This document shows, one piece after another, positions 35,055 through 43,422 of a stretch of DNA of 64,000 nt. Every line of letters starts with the position of its first letter. Position 1 is the first letter of the stretch. The notes under the pieces were generated by a model, which made no database searches, was not told the origin of the DNA, and worked only from the letters and a program-made list of their open reading frames with translations. A program made the translations under genes and the position numbers. The stretch is from Rubrivivax sp. (GTDB lineage Bacteria; Pseudomonadota; Gammaproteobacteria; Burkholderiales; Burkholderiaceae_C): positions 22,682 through 86,681 of the forward strand of contig JBASTF010000206.1 of the NCBI GenBank assembly GCA_049274755.1. The letters are read 5' to 3'.

Positions 35055-38036
35055 GTCGCCGTCTTCGCCCGGGCCTTCGCTGCGGGCCGTACCGAGACTC
35101 GCCACCAGTTCCAGCGGCTTGGGTCGGTATAGCTCGCCATCGCCACAGCCCCGGTCTACCCACTCCAGCGCCATCGTCGCGTACACGGGCGTCCAGGTAT
35201 CCGCAGAGCGCAGCTGGAGCGCAGGGTTGGGCAGGTAGTAGCCATTGCTGGCCCGCGCCCACAACTTGCGGGCGGGCTGGTACGCGCTGCTGAGCTCGGC
35301 GCGCGCCAGCACCTGGTTGACGTAGCTGCGCTTGCGGCGCTTGTCCGGCCACAACCAGGCAGGCAGCTGGGCCAGTACCTCGTGCAGTTGCTCGGCGAAG
35401 AAGCCGCGTGGGTACTTGTGCGGCTCCAGCTGGCGCGTGACACAGCGCGACCACTGGGTTTTCAAGCCGGCCAGCATCAGCGTCAGCACCCAGTACTCGC
35501 CCTGGCGCCGTTCCAGGCGAACGAGGCGACCGTCGGTCTGCACGTCCAGCGCCGGCGGGGCCAGCAGCGGGAACACTGCGGCCAGGCCCGTGCCCGCAAA
35601 GCCGGGCTCCTGCAGCGCCCGGCCCACTGCGCAGTCCCACGCGGTGTGGCCGAAGTCGTCGCGCCGCTGCGGGTCGGCGCCCTTGTCCAGCAGGGCCTGC
35701 ACCAGCGGGGCGTTTCCCGCCATGGCCGCCATCATCAGCGGCGTTGCGCCCACGGTGGTGGCGTGGTCGGGGCCGTAGGTGTCGGCCTGCTGCAGCAGAT
35801 CCTTGAACTTCTTCGCCTCCCAGGGCTGCAGGTGGCGCTGACGCGCCGCCGCCACGGTCTTGCGGGTGAGCGCCTGCAGCCCATCCCAGCGGTCGTCCTT
35901 GAAGTCGTAGCGGCTGGGCTTGACCGTACCTGCGCCATAGAACTCGCCTTCGTCCAGCAATTGCCTGGCCGCCGCAAAGTTGGCCTTGCCCAGTGCCGTG
36001 ACCCACTCGTGCTGGCCGTGCCACATCGCATAGTCGAAGATCGTCTGGCGGGGCTTGACGCTCGGTTGCTTCGGGTCCAGTGCCTTGGGCAAAAGCTCTT
36101 CGACCAGCGCCCTGCTCCAGGGCGTCCAGGGCACGGGCTTGTGCTGCAGGAAGGCGTCGCGGATGGCCTGGGCCTGCTCTTCCTTGCCCTGCAGCTGCAG
36201 CTTGCGCGCTTCCTGGGCCCACTCCTCGCGGGTGGACGCGCGCACGCCTTGCGCCACCGCTTCGCCGGCCTGCAGGCCCAGCAAGGCCAGCAGCGGGTGG
36301 CCGGGGTCGGACTCCACCACGGTCAGCGTTTGCACGGCGCGCGTCATGGCCACGTACAGGGCGTTGACGTAGAACTTGTAGAGCTCCAGCGACTTGTCGG
36401 CCTTGTCCTTGGCGCGCCGGTAGTCGAGTTCATCGGCTTCCAGATCGGCCGGGTGCACGCCGTCGCAGACCTCGGCATAGGCCTGGCGCTGGCCCGAGAC
36501 GATGTCCACCAGAAGCACGTGCGGGTACTCCAGGCCCTTGGCCTCGTGCACGCTGAAGACCAGCGGCGTGCGGAAGCGCGCTCGCGCCGCCGGCTTGTCG
36601 TCATCGCGCAGCACGATCACGGCGTGCTGGGCCGATTGGCGGGTGGCCGCATCCAGCGCCTGCACGGCCGCATCCTTGGCCGCCACCAGCACTACGCTGC
36701 CCGCCTCGGGCGCAGTGCTGCGCACCAGGAAGTTGCTCTCGCGGTCCACCGAGCCGAAGCGCGCCTGCTTGATCTTCAGCAGCCGGTTGGCCAGGTCTGT
36801 CACCGCGCGGGTGTTGCGGAAGTTAGCCTGCAGCACCTGCAGCGGCTGGTTCAGGGAGCGCTCGGCCGCATCGCCAGCCAACCCCTGCCAGAACAGGTTC
36901 TTCAGGGCCGCCCAGCTGAAGAAGTTGGGGTGCACGATCTGGTGACTGTCACCGCACAGGATGAACTGGCCCGGTGCCTTCAGCAACGCCAGCACCAGGG
37001 CCAGCTGCACGGGTGTCAGGTCCTGCACTTCGTCGATGACGATGAAGTCGTAGACCGGCCCGGCGGGCACGGCGATCTGCGTGCGCCAGGTATCGGCGAC
37101 GAGGTTGCTGTCGTAGAGATTTGCCTCGTCCAGCCAGCTGCGGTATCGCTGGAAGAGGCCGTGGGCCAGCTCGCGCTGCGTGGGCGGCAACAGGCTCTGG
37201 CGTGTGCCTAGCGCCAGGTAGTCGGCCAGCGACAGAGGTCCCCCAGGCTGCGCGCCGATGACGCCGCGGAATTCCTCGAACAGCGCCTGCGGCTCGATGT
37301 CGCCCAGCAGCCGCAAAGTCTGCCGATGGCGCGCGCACCAGCCCGCAAACGCCGGCAGCGTCACCTCGCGGCCGGGTGGCACGCGCAGGGTTTCCAGCAG
37401 CTCGCGGTAGCTGAGGAAATCGACCTCCTGCTTCGGGTTCTCGAAGCCGTGGGCGGCGTGCAAGGCGCGGGCGCTTTGCGCCAGGTAGGCAGACAGGGTG
37501 ACGTACAGCACCCGGCCCTCGGCTTCGCGCAGGCGGGCCAGCGTGACGGCTGTTTTGCCGGAGCCGGCCGAGCCGATGACCACCAGAGGCGCGGGCTGGC
37601 GGTAGGCGACGTCCTGCGCCTCGTCGAAGACGAGGGGCTTGTCCAGCAGCTCGAACTGCGTTCGGCCCGGGCCCAGCCAGCGCAGCGGGGTGGCGTCTGC
37701 GGTCAGCGCCGGCGCGGCGGCCTCGGTGGCCGGCTCGCGCTCGATCTTGGCTTCATCGACCACCGCGCCGCGCAGGAAGCGGCTCTTGTCATAGGCGTGG
37801 TTCTCGATGACCTCCAGCGCCAGGCAGACGGTGGCGGTGCCCTCGCCTTGCGCCAACCGCGCGAACTGCAGCAGCAGCCGGTTGGCGTAGTCCAGCTTGG
37901 CGCGGTAGTACGGCCCCGCGTTCAGCTTCTTGACATCGGCCGAGCGAAAGTCATCGGCTTCGATGGCCGCCTTGACCTTGTCGAAGGCAGCACGAACACG
38001 GCGGAGATCGAGGTCCTTGTATTGGAGAAAACGCAT
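35022..38036 (-). CDS. RelE/ParE-like N-terminal domain + UvrD/SF1 helicase + C-terminal ankyrin-repeat fusion protein
   Basis: ORF 35022..38063, with start probably 'MRFLQYKD' (38036). The N-terminal 'VKKLNAGPYYRAKLDYANRLLLQF' is RelE-like. Walker A is 'VVIGSAGSGKT', and 'FIVIDEVQDLTPVQL' and 'VHEAKGLEYPHVLLVD' follow. The ankyrin region is 'GATPLMMAAMAGNAPLVQALLDKGADPQRRDDFGHTAWDCA'. Confidence 0.85.
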   Translation of the reverse strand: MRFLQYKDLDLRRVRAAFDKVKAAIEADDFRSADVKKLNAGPYYRAKLDYANRLLLQFARLAQGEGTATVCLALEVIENHAYDKSRFLRGAVVDEAKIEREPATEAAAPALTADATPLRWLGPGRTQFELLDKPLVFDEAQDVAYRQPAPLVVIGSAGSGKTAVTLARLREAEGRVLYVTLSAYLAQSARALHAAHGFENPKQEVDFLSYRELLETLRVPPGREVTLPAFAGWCARHRQTLRLLGDIEPQALFEEFRGVIGAQPGGPLSLADYLALGTRQSLLPPTQRELAHGLFQRYRSWLDEANLYDSNLVADTWRTQIAVPAGPVYDFIVIDEVQDLTPVQLALVLALLKAPGQFILCGDSHQIVHPNFFSWAALKNLFWQGLAGDAAERSLNQPLQVLQANFRNTRAVTDLANRLLKIKQARFGSVDRESNFLVRSTAPEAGSVVLVAAKDAAVQALDAATRQSAQHAVIVLRDDDKPAARARFRTPLVFSVHEAKGLEYPHVLLVDIVSGQRQAYAEVCDGVHPADLEADELDYRRAKDKADKSLELYKFYVNALYVAMTRAVQTLTVVESDPGHPLLALLGLQAGEAVAQGVRASTREEWAQEARKLQLQGKEEQAQAIRDAFLQHKPVPWTPWSRALVEELLPKALDPKQPSVKPRQTIFDYAMWHGQHEWVTALGKANFAAARQLLDEGEFYGAGTVKPSRYDFKDDRWDGLQALTRKTVAAARQRHLQPWEAKKFKDLLQQADTYGPDHATTVGATPLMMAAMAGNAPLVQALLDKGADPQRRDDFGHTAWDCAVGRALQEPGFAGTGLAAVFPLLAPPALDVQTDGRLVRLERRQGEYWVLTLMLAGLKTQWSRCVTRQLEPHKYPRGFFAEQLHEVLAQLPAWLWPDKRRKRSYVNQVLARAELSSAYQPARKLWARASNGYYLPNPALQLRSADTWTPVYATMALEWVDRGCGDGELYRPKPLELVASLGTARSEGPGEDGDSAPAVPDNAA

Positions 38037-38129
38037 ACGGCACGGCTGCGGGGTCGACCGCAACGGCGATCAACAAGCATTGTCGCCGCTGGGCTTGCGG
38101 TGCCGCGCCGCGCCGGGCCGGGCCGTGGA

Positions 38130-38948
38130 TCACGGTGTCTTGGTGGCCGCTGCCCGCACGTCAATCGACGCCTGGATCTTCGACAGCGCCTCGCCCACCA
38201 CCTCCTCCGGCGCCACGGTCTCGCTGAACGCCGTGGCCAACACCCGGATGTCCTGCTTGCCGTCTGTGCTGGTCAGCGTCGCGAAGGCATAGGCCGACTG
38301 CTTGACCTTTTTCCAGTCCTCGCAGCGTGACAGGCAGATGCCGCGCGGGTCACCGGTCAGCGCGGTGTTGAAGGCGCCCTTGATGCCGGTGCTCTCGCCC
38401 AGGGCGTCGGCCATGCGGCCGAGCGCCAGGCCGCTCCAGAACGGTGTGGTGGCCGACTTCAGCGCCGCTGCTCCCAGCGCGACGGTGACGGCGGCGTTGG
38501 CGGCTTCGCCTGCTGTCGTGCTGCGGTTCGCTGCGGCAAGCGCCAGGGACTTCTCCGTCGCCTCGCCCATCGGCACCTTGGTCCCTTTGTGGAAGACCGG
38601 GCCGCCAAGCAGCACCACGTCGCCTCGGATGGCCAGCACCGCCTTGGCTTCGGAACGGTCTGGCGTGGTGCGAACGCCCTGGGCCTGCAGAGTGGAAAGC
38701 AGCGCCTGCGTGAGCGCCGGGCTGCGGTCGAACTCGACAAAGAGCGGCGCGTGCGCATCGGGCCGGAGCTCGATGCGGCCGTTCGCCTGGGCCTGGATGG
38801 CGCCGGCTGCGAGTTTGGGCGCCGGCGCCTCTGATTGCGCCAGTACGTGGGGCGCAGCCAGGGCCAGGCTCAGCGAGAGCGCAAGACGCACTGCCATAGG
38901 CTCTGCCAGGCGGCCAGTGATAGATGGGGAAGTCGTGGTTCGGGTCAT
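38130..38948 (-). CDS. Secreted/periplasmic hypothetical protein with signal peptide
   Basis: 'MAVRLALSLSLALAAPHVLAQSE' is a signal-peptide-like N-terminus. No other motif was recognised. Confidence 0.55.
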   Translation of the reverse strand: MTRTTTSPSITGRLAEPMAVRLALSLSLALAAPHVLAQSEAPAPKLAAGAIQAQANGRIELRPDAHAPLFVEFDRSPALTQALLSTLQAQGVRTTPDRSEAKAVLAIRGDVVLLGGPVFHKGTKVPMGEATEKSLALAAANRSTTAGEAANAAVTVALGAAALKSATTPFWSGLALGRMADALGESTGIKGAFNTALTGDPRGICLSRCEDWKKVKQSAYAFATLTSTDGKQDIRVLATAFSETVAPEEVVGEALSKIQASIDVRAAATKTP

Positions 38949-39041
38949 GGTGGTGTTGCTCCCTTGGTGAGTAACTGCGGAATGGATGCCCGGGGGTGCC
39001 GGCCTCGTCGGCGCGCCAGAGGCCGGCGCACAGGCCTTGAA

Positions 39042-39650
39042 CTACCGCCTGAGCATTTCTTCGTGACGCACACGCCCAGCCTCCGACGAGGCCGCCTGCG
39101 CGTCATCCTTGATCCCGAAGCGCGCCCTCACCCAGGGCTCGCAGTAAGCAGCCAGCTGGCTGGCGCTGACGTAGCGGTCTTCACCCCAGTAGGCCTTTGC
39201 CTCCGCCGCTCCGGTCATGAGCCGTGTGACCAGTTCGGGGTGCGGCCGCAGGAAGTAGATGACGTTGTGGCAGCGCAGCAGCGGAGCGACGGTCTTGCCG
39301 CTCTCCATCGCCACGGCCATCGCAGCCGCCAGGGTCTGCAGCACGGCCGAGCATTGGATGTCGCGTTGCCACTGCTCGGGCCGGTGCGAACGGCGGCTCT
39401 GCGACTTGAACTCCAGCGACAACAGCCCGTGCCCATGCCGCAGCACGGCATCGGGTTGTGCGATCAGCGGGTCAGCCACGAAGTTCTTGCGGTCCTGCTC
39501 GCTGTAGAGCAGCGCGGGGCGCGCCGTCTTGAACACCGGCAGCATGCGCCGGGTGAAATCGTCTTCGCGGTCCACCACCTGCGGGTCGAAGAAGCGGGCA
39601 GAGATGTCGCAGCCGTGCACGGCTTGGCGGTCGGTCCAGGTCAGTTCCAT
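39042..39650 (-). CDS. Hypothetical protein with a PD-(D/E)xK-like motif (202 aa)
   Basis: ORF 39042..39977 trimmed to 'MELTWTDRQ' (ATG 39650). 'QPDAVLRHGHGLLSLEFKSQ' fits D...E-x-K spacing. Confidence 0.5.
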   Translation of the reverse strand: MELTWTDRQAVHGCDISARFFDPQVVDREDDFTRRMLPVFKTARPALLYSEQDRKNFVADPLIAQPDAVLRHGHGLLSLEFKSQSRRSHRPEQWQRDIQCSAVLQTLAAAMAVAMESGKTVAPLLRCHNVIYFLRPHPELVTRLMTGAAEAKAYWGEDRYVSASQLAAYCEPWVRARFGIKDDAQAASSEAGRVRHEEMLRR

Positions 39651-39669
39651 TGAGGGCTCCTCAGGGTGT

Positions 39670-40119
39670 TCATTGATCAGGCTGTGAATCGGCTGCAGCG
39701 CTGGCAGCGCGGCTACGGGCCGGTGGGCTGGCTGCTGGAGGCGCCTTATGGGTTGTCTTCCCCGCGCCGGAAGAAGGTGTCGAGGCAGCAGTCGGCGAGC
39801 CCTTGATGACGATGCCGTTCGCGCCCAGCTCCACGGTGATGCCGTTGGGCTTGGGCGTCCCGGGTGGATAGGCTGCCGGTGCCTCTGACAACGCCGGCGG
39901 CGGCGGGGTGTGCTGCGGCTGGCGCTGGTTCCCCGGAAACAGCCACCAGACCGCCCACAAGGCGAGCGCCCCAACAACCAGGCCCCAACCGCCGTTGGTG
40001 GCGGCGTTGAGGTTCAGGCTCGAACTGCCAGCAGCCGAGGCTTGCCGTACGGAAATGTGGCGGTCACCGCCGACGTCCTCCTCTGTGAGCTCGGTGCCCA
40101 GCTTGAAGTCTCTGTCCAT
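39670..40119 (-). CDS. Single-pass membrane protein with a Pro-rich C-terminal region (149 aa)
   Basis: ORF 39670..40353 trimmed to 'MDRDFKLGTELTEED' (ATG 40119). The TM segment is 'GWGLVVGALALWAVWWLF', followed by a P/A/S-rich tail. Confidence 0.45.
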   Translation of the reverse strand: MDRDFKLGTELTEEDVGGDRHISVRQASAAGSSSLNLNAATNGGWGLVVGALALWAVWWLFPGNQRQPQHTPPPPALSEAPAAYPPGTPKPNGITVELGANGIVIKGSPTAASTPSSGAGKTTHKAPPAASPPARSRAASAAADSQPDQ

Positions 40120-40140
40120 GTCGATCCTCCTGGATCGTGA

Positions 40141-40172
40141 TGTATGAATTAGTGTGTGTACGAATGAGTGTA
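40141..40172. repeat. Tandem 16-nt direct repeat in a divergent promoter region (candidate operator)
   Basis: tgtatgaattagtgtg / tgtacgaatgagtgta are two adjacent copies with 3 mismatches. They lie between the membrane-protein gene start (40119) and the XRE gene. Confidence 0.35.
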
Positions 40173-40446
40173 CGTACCGGACAGTGCCGGGGTGCAAACA
40201 CGTGTCCAGGTCAGGTTTGGGAGTCGGGTGCGCCAGCTCAGGCTGGCGGCTGAGATGACCCAGGAGGATCTGGCCCACCGCTGCGGGCTGTTCCGCACCT
40301 ACATGAGCCGGATCGAGACGGGCGCTGCCAATCCGACCCTGACGATGATTCATGCCCTCGCGGGCAGCCTTCGCGTCCCGGTATCTGCGCTCTTCGAGGA
40401 CGACGCTGCGCCGAAAGCCCCCAGGCGTAAGGCCAGTAAGGCGTAG
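40168..40446 (+). CDS. XRE-family HTH transcriptional regulator
   Basis: 'RVRQLRLAAEMTQEDLAHRCGLFRTYMSRIETGAANPTLTMIHALAGSLRVPVSALF'. The real start is probably a downstream GTG. Confidence 0.7.
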   Translation: MYVPDSAGVQTRVQVRFGSRVRQLRLAAEMTQEDLAHRCGLFRTYMSRIETGAANPTLTMIHALAGSLRVPVSALFEDDAAPKAPRRKASKA

Positions 40447-40452
40447 CCGCCC

Positions 40453-41292
40453 TCACGGCCGGCCTCCCGCTTCCAGGCAAAGGCTGGCCGCAGATCGGCT
40501 GTAGGCCGCCAGGCCGCGCAGCCGCTCCAGCAGCGCCTGCACCTGCCAGGTCAGGGCACCGTCGGCCCAGCGGCGCACCGTGCGGGTCGGCGTCAACTGC
40601 AACAGCAGGTCGTTGTTCTCGTATTGCATGAGCTGCACGAAGGAACCACTGCGGCCGCCGGCCGCCCAACGGTAGGTATCCAGATCGAGCAATGCCCAGC
40701 GCATTGAGTCGCCCAGACGGGCGCGTGGGCCGCGGATACATGTCAGGCGGATCACGCGCTCCTCGCCCTGCCCTTCGACCGACACCGGGTTCAGGGCACA
40801 GGCGCGAAGCAGCAGGTCTTCCATCGCCCACAGGACGTCCTGGGCGCTGACGATGACCGCGCTGTCGGTATCCGGCGGGGCGGCATTCAGCAGGGGCTGC
40901 GGCGCAGCTTCGAAGGGCACCAGCGCTGGCGGCAGGCTGGTCACGCCCCCAGCCGGCATCTGACGGAGCATCCGCATCGCCGTACGCAGAGCCGCGGGCA
41001 TGAACCACTCGGTGTGACCGTCCAGCTGGTGTGGCGGCAGCGCGCGCTGCGTTGCCAATCCGCGGTGCAGCGAGCGTTCGATCTGCCGGGCGCGCAGCGG
41101 GCTGGGCAGCCAGGCCGCATGCGATGCCTGGAGGTCGAGTTCGTCCGCGAGGAACTCGGGCAGGCGCTTGACCCGTGTCATCGGCTCGACCGCCCAGCCG
41201 ATCTTGAAGCGCTGGCCGTCGTGGCGTTGCAGCAGGTACACGGCAGCGGGCTCCGTGCCGGCCTGGATGTCGGGGGTTCCCGGCGGCGTCAT
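40453..41292 (-). CDS. T5orf172 / GIY-YIG-like domain protein (279 aa)
   Basis: 'AVYLLQRHDGQRFKIGWAVEPMTRVKRL' ... 'IERSLHRGL' ... 'GHTEWFMPAAL'. The gene overlaps the upstream gene by 4 nt. Confidence 0.6.
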   Translation of the reverse strand: MTPPGTPDIQAGTEPAAVYLLQRHDGQRFKIGWAVEPMTRVKRLPEFLADELDLQASHAAWLPSPLRARQIERSLHRGLATQRALPPHQLDGHTEWFMPAALRTAMRMLRQMPAGGVTSLPPALVPFEAAPQPLLNAAPPDTDSAVIVSAQDVLWAMEDLLLRACALNPVSVEGQGEERVIRLTCIRGPRARLGDSMRWALLDLDTYRWAAGGRSGSFVQLMQYENNDLLLQLTPTRTVRRWADGALTWQVQALLERLRGLAAYSRSAASLCLEAGGRP

Positions 41293-41741
41293 GGCATCGC
41301 TCCCGGGTGCTCGTCAGTCCGGTAAACGTAGCCACCCAGCGCCCTCAGAAACGCGGCGCCGCTCATGCGACTGGCTTCGTAGAGCAGCCTGGCCGCATCG
41401 ACCAGCGGGTCGGGCCGACTCGCCTCGACCCAGATCAGGCCGGTGACCTCAAGGGAAAGGTCGTCGCGTTCGCCAATGAGCGGGCCGATCTTCACGTGGC
41501 GCACGGCGGTGTCGTCCAGCAGCGCGAGCAGCACATCGGCCTGGTCGATGGGCGACATCTCGCGCTCGGCTACCACGCCGAAGGCCACCTGGCCGCCTTC
41601 CATGTGCAAGGCGCGGTCGGCTAGCCAGGCTTCCACTCGGCGCTGAAACGCCGCCTCCTGGGACGGCGCCAGGCCACGGGCCAGTCGCACCTGCACTGCG
41701 AAGCTCTGCACGGCGGTGGGTTGGAACGGAAGGCTGCTCAC
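41289..41741 (-). CDS. Hypothetical protein (150 aa), coupled to the integrase; loosely YggL/DUF469-like
   Basis: GTG 41741 overlaps the integrase stop (GTGA), giving 'VSSLPFQPTAVQSFAVQVRLARGL...'. The family call is weak. Confidence 0.45.
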   Translation of the reverse strand: MSSLPFQPTAVQSFAVQVRLARGLAPSQEAAFQRRVEAWLADRALHMEGGQVAFGVVAEREMSPIDQADVLLALLDDTAVRHVKIGPLIGERDDLSLEVTGLIWVEASRPDPLVDAARLLYEASRMSGAAFLRALGGYVYRTDEHPGAMP

Positions 41742-43060
41742 GGCTGCGCCTCCGTCGTGGTGGACGCGGAGGCCGTCGCGCTGGCGCTGGGGCTGTGCCC
41801 AGACGCAGGTGCGGGCGCAGGTGCCGGCACCGCGTTGGTGGTGGCGAAGCGCGTGGCCAGCAAGCGGTCGATGGCCGAGCCGTCTTGCCTGGTCAGGTTC
41901 GGCACATAGCGGCTGTAGACGCGGAACAGCATCTCGGTGCTGCTGTGACCCAGCTGCCGCGCGATCCACTCCGGCGCCTCGCCCGATGCCAACCACAGCG
42001 TGGCTGCGGTGTGCCGCATCTGGTAGGCCCTGCGCTTCTTCAGGCCCAGATGCCGCAGCAGCGGGTACCAGACCCGACTGCCGAAGTTGTCGTTGTCCAG
42101 CGGCTTGCCTTCCTTGTTGCAGAAGACGTAGTCGCTGAGCTTGGCCGTGGCCGCGTGCTGGGCCTGCAGCGCCTCGAAGACGACCTGCGACATCTGGATG
42201 TCGCGCTGCGAGCTGTCGGTCTTGGTGTACTCGTCCTCGCCGAGCACGAAGGTCTCGCGGATGAGGATCAGGCGCTTGTCGAAGTCGATGTACTTCCACT
42301 TCAGGCCGTGGGCCTCGCCGGTGCGCATGCCGGTGAAGAATCGCGTGGCGAAGTAGTTGCGCCAGTCGGCCCGAACGGTGGCCAGCATCTGCTGCACCTG
42401 CTCCAGCGTGAACGGCTCGACGTCGGTCTTCCTCAGCCGCAGCGGCTTGAGGTTGAGGGTGGGCGAGACGAAGCCGTAACGGTCAGCCGCCTCGGCCAGG
42501 ATCTGCCGCATCGGCGCCAGGATGCCGTTGATGCGCTTGTTGCTCAGCTTGGCAGCAGCGCGGCCTGGCAGATCGGCGAGCTTGGTGCGGAAGGCCAGGA
42601 TGTCGGCCTTGGTGATGGTGCCGACGGGCTTGTCGCCGAAGTGCGGCAGCAGGTGGCCGTCCAGGGTGCACTTCAGGACCTTCAGGTGGGACCGGCGCCA
42701 CTCGATCTGGTGCTCGGACAGCCAGGTGGCGGTGAAGTCCTTGAACGTTGGGGTGGGGCTGGCGGCGGCGGATGCTGCGGCGGCAGGTGCCGACGTGGGC
42801 AAGGCCGGGGTACCGGGAGGTGCCGCAGGAACTGGTTCCGGAGTGTCGAATCGACCGGCCAACGGGCTGCCGGGAAAGAAGTCCCGGTAGGCAAACGTCC
42901 CCGCAGCCATCGCCGACTTGAGCTTGGCCAGCATGCTCTCGACGCGCTTGCGGTTGGCAGCCGTATCAGGCAGCGCCGTCTGCTCGCGGCACCGCACCCC
43001 CCGGTAGATGAAGTCAATCACCAGCCGGCCGGTTTCCTTGCGGGTGGTCACCTTAGCCAT
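41738..43060 (-). CDS. int: Tyrosine-type site-specific integrase (phage/P4-like, with N-terminal arm-binding domain)
   Basis: 440 aa. The N-terminus is 'GRLVIDFIYRGVRCREQTALPDT'. 'GMRTGEAHGLKWKYIDF' (Arg), 'YQMRHTAATLWL' (HxxR) and 'LGHSSTEMLFRVYSRY' (His/Tyr) are present. Confidence 0.92.
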   Translation of the reverse strand: MAKVTTRKETGRLVIDFIYRGVRCREQTALPDTAANRKRVESMLAKLKSAMAAGTFAYRDFFPGSPLAGRFDTPEPVPAAPPGTPALPTSAPAAAASAAASPTPTFKDFTATWLSEHQIEWRRSHLKVLKCTLDGHLLPHFGDKPVGTITKADILAFRTKLADLPGRAAAKLSNKRINGILAPMRQILAEAADRYGFVSPTLNLKPLRLRKTDVEPFTLEQVQQMLATVRADWRNYFATRFFTGMRTGEAHGLKWKYIDFDKRLILIRETFVLGEDEYTKTDSSQRDIQMSQVVFEALQAQHAATAKLSDYVFCNKEGKPLDNDNFGSRVWYPLLRHLGLKKRRAYQMRHTAATLWLASGEAPEWIARQLGHSSTEMLFRVYSRYVPNLTRQDGSAIDRLLATRFATTNAVPAPAPAPASGHSPSASATASASTTTEAQP

Positions 43061-43289
43061 GGGCCACCTTGCCGTTGGCCATGGGCAGGCTCAGCGCATC
43101 CGAGCCCACGAACACGCGCATGTCGCGCTCGATGGTTTCCCAGACGAAGAGGATCTTCCGGCCGCCGAATGGGCGCACGTAGTGCGTGCCCTCCAGCAGC
43201 ACGCTGTCCTTCAGCCGTTCGCGGATCGTGCGGACGTCGTACTTGATCTTGGCCGACAACTCGTCGGTCGTGAGATAGGTCGTGCTCAT
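43053..43289 (-). CDS. AlpA/excisionase-like small DNA-binding protein
   Basis: ORF 43053..43529 trimmed to 'MSTTYLTTDELSAKIKYDVRTIRERLKDSVLLEGTHYVRPFGGRKILFVWETI' (ATG 43289). The gene overlaps the int start by 8 nt. Confidence 0.6.
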   Translation of the reverse strand: MSTTYLTTDELSAKIKYDVRTIRERLKDSVLLEGTHYVRPFGGRKILFVWETIERDMRVFVGSDALSLPMANGKVAHG

Positions 43290-43422
43290 GCTACCCTCCT
43301 GTGGAGCAAACTCACCAAACATCGCGTCTTCGCGACGCTTGGTGCGAATATTAATCGACGCTTGGCGCTTGTCAAGCACGTTTGTGGACTTTTCTCCACG
43401 TTCGTTGGTTTTAGGTGGCGCC

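Noticed and set aside
35382-37211. 609-aa plus ORF and the 408-aa minus alternate-frame ORF at 34996..36222
   Set aside because: One is antisense and the other out of frame relative to the helicase, whose Walker A, DExx and ankyrin motifs define the real frame.
41795-43246. 483-aa plus ORF
   Set aside because: It is antisense to the integrase and the xis-like gene.
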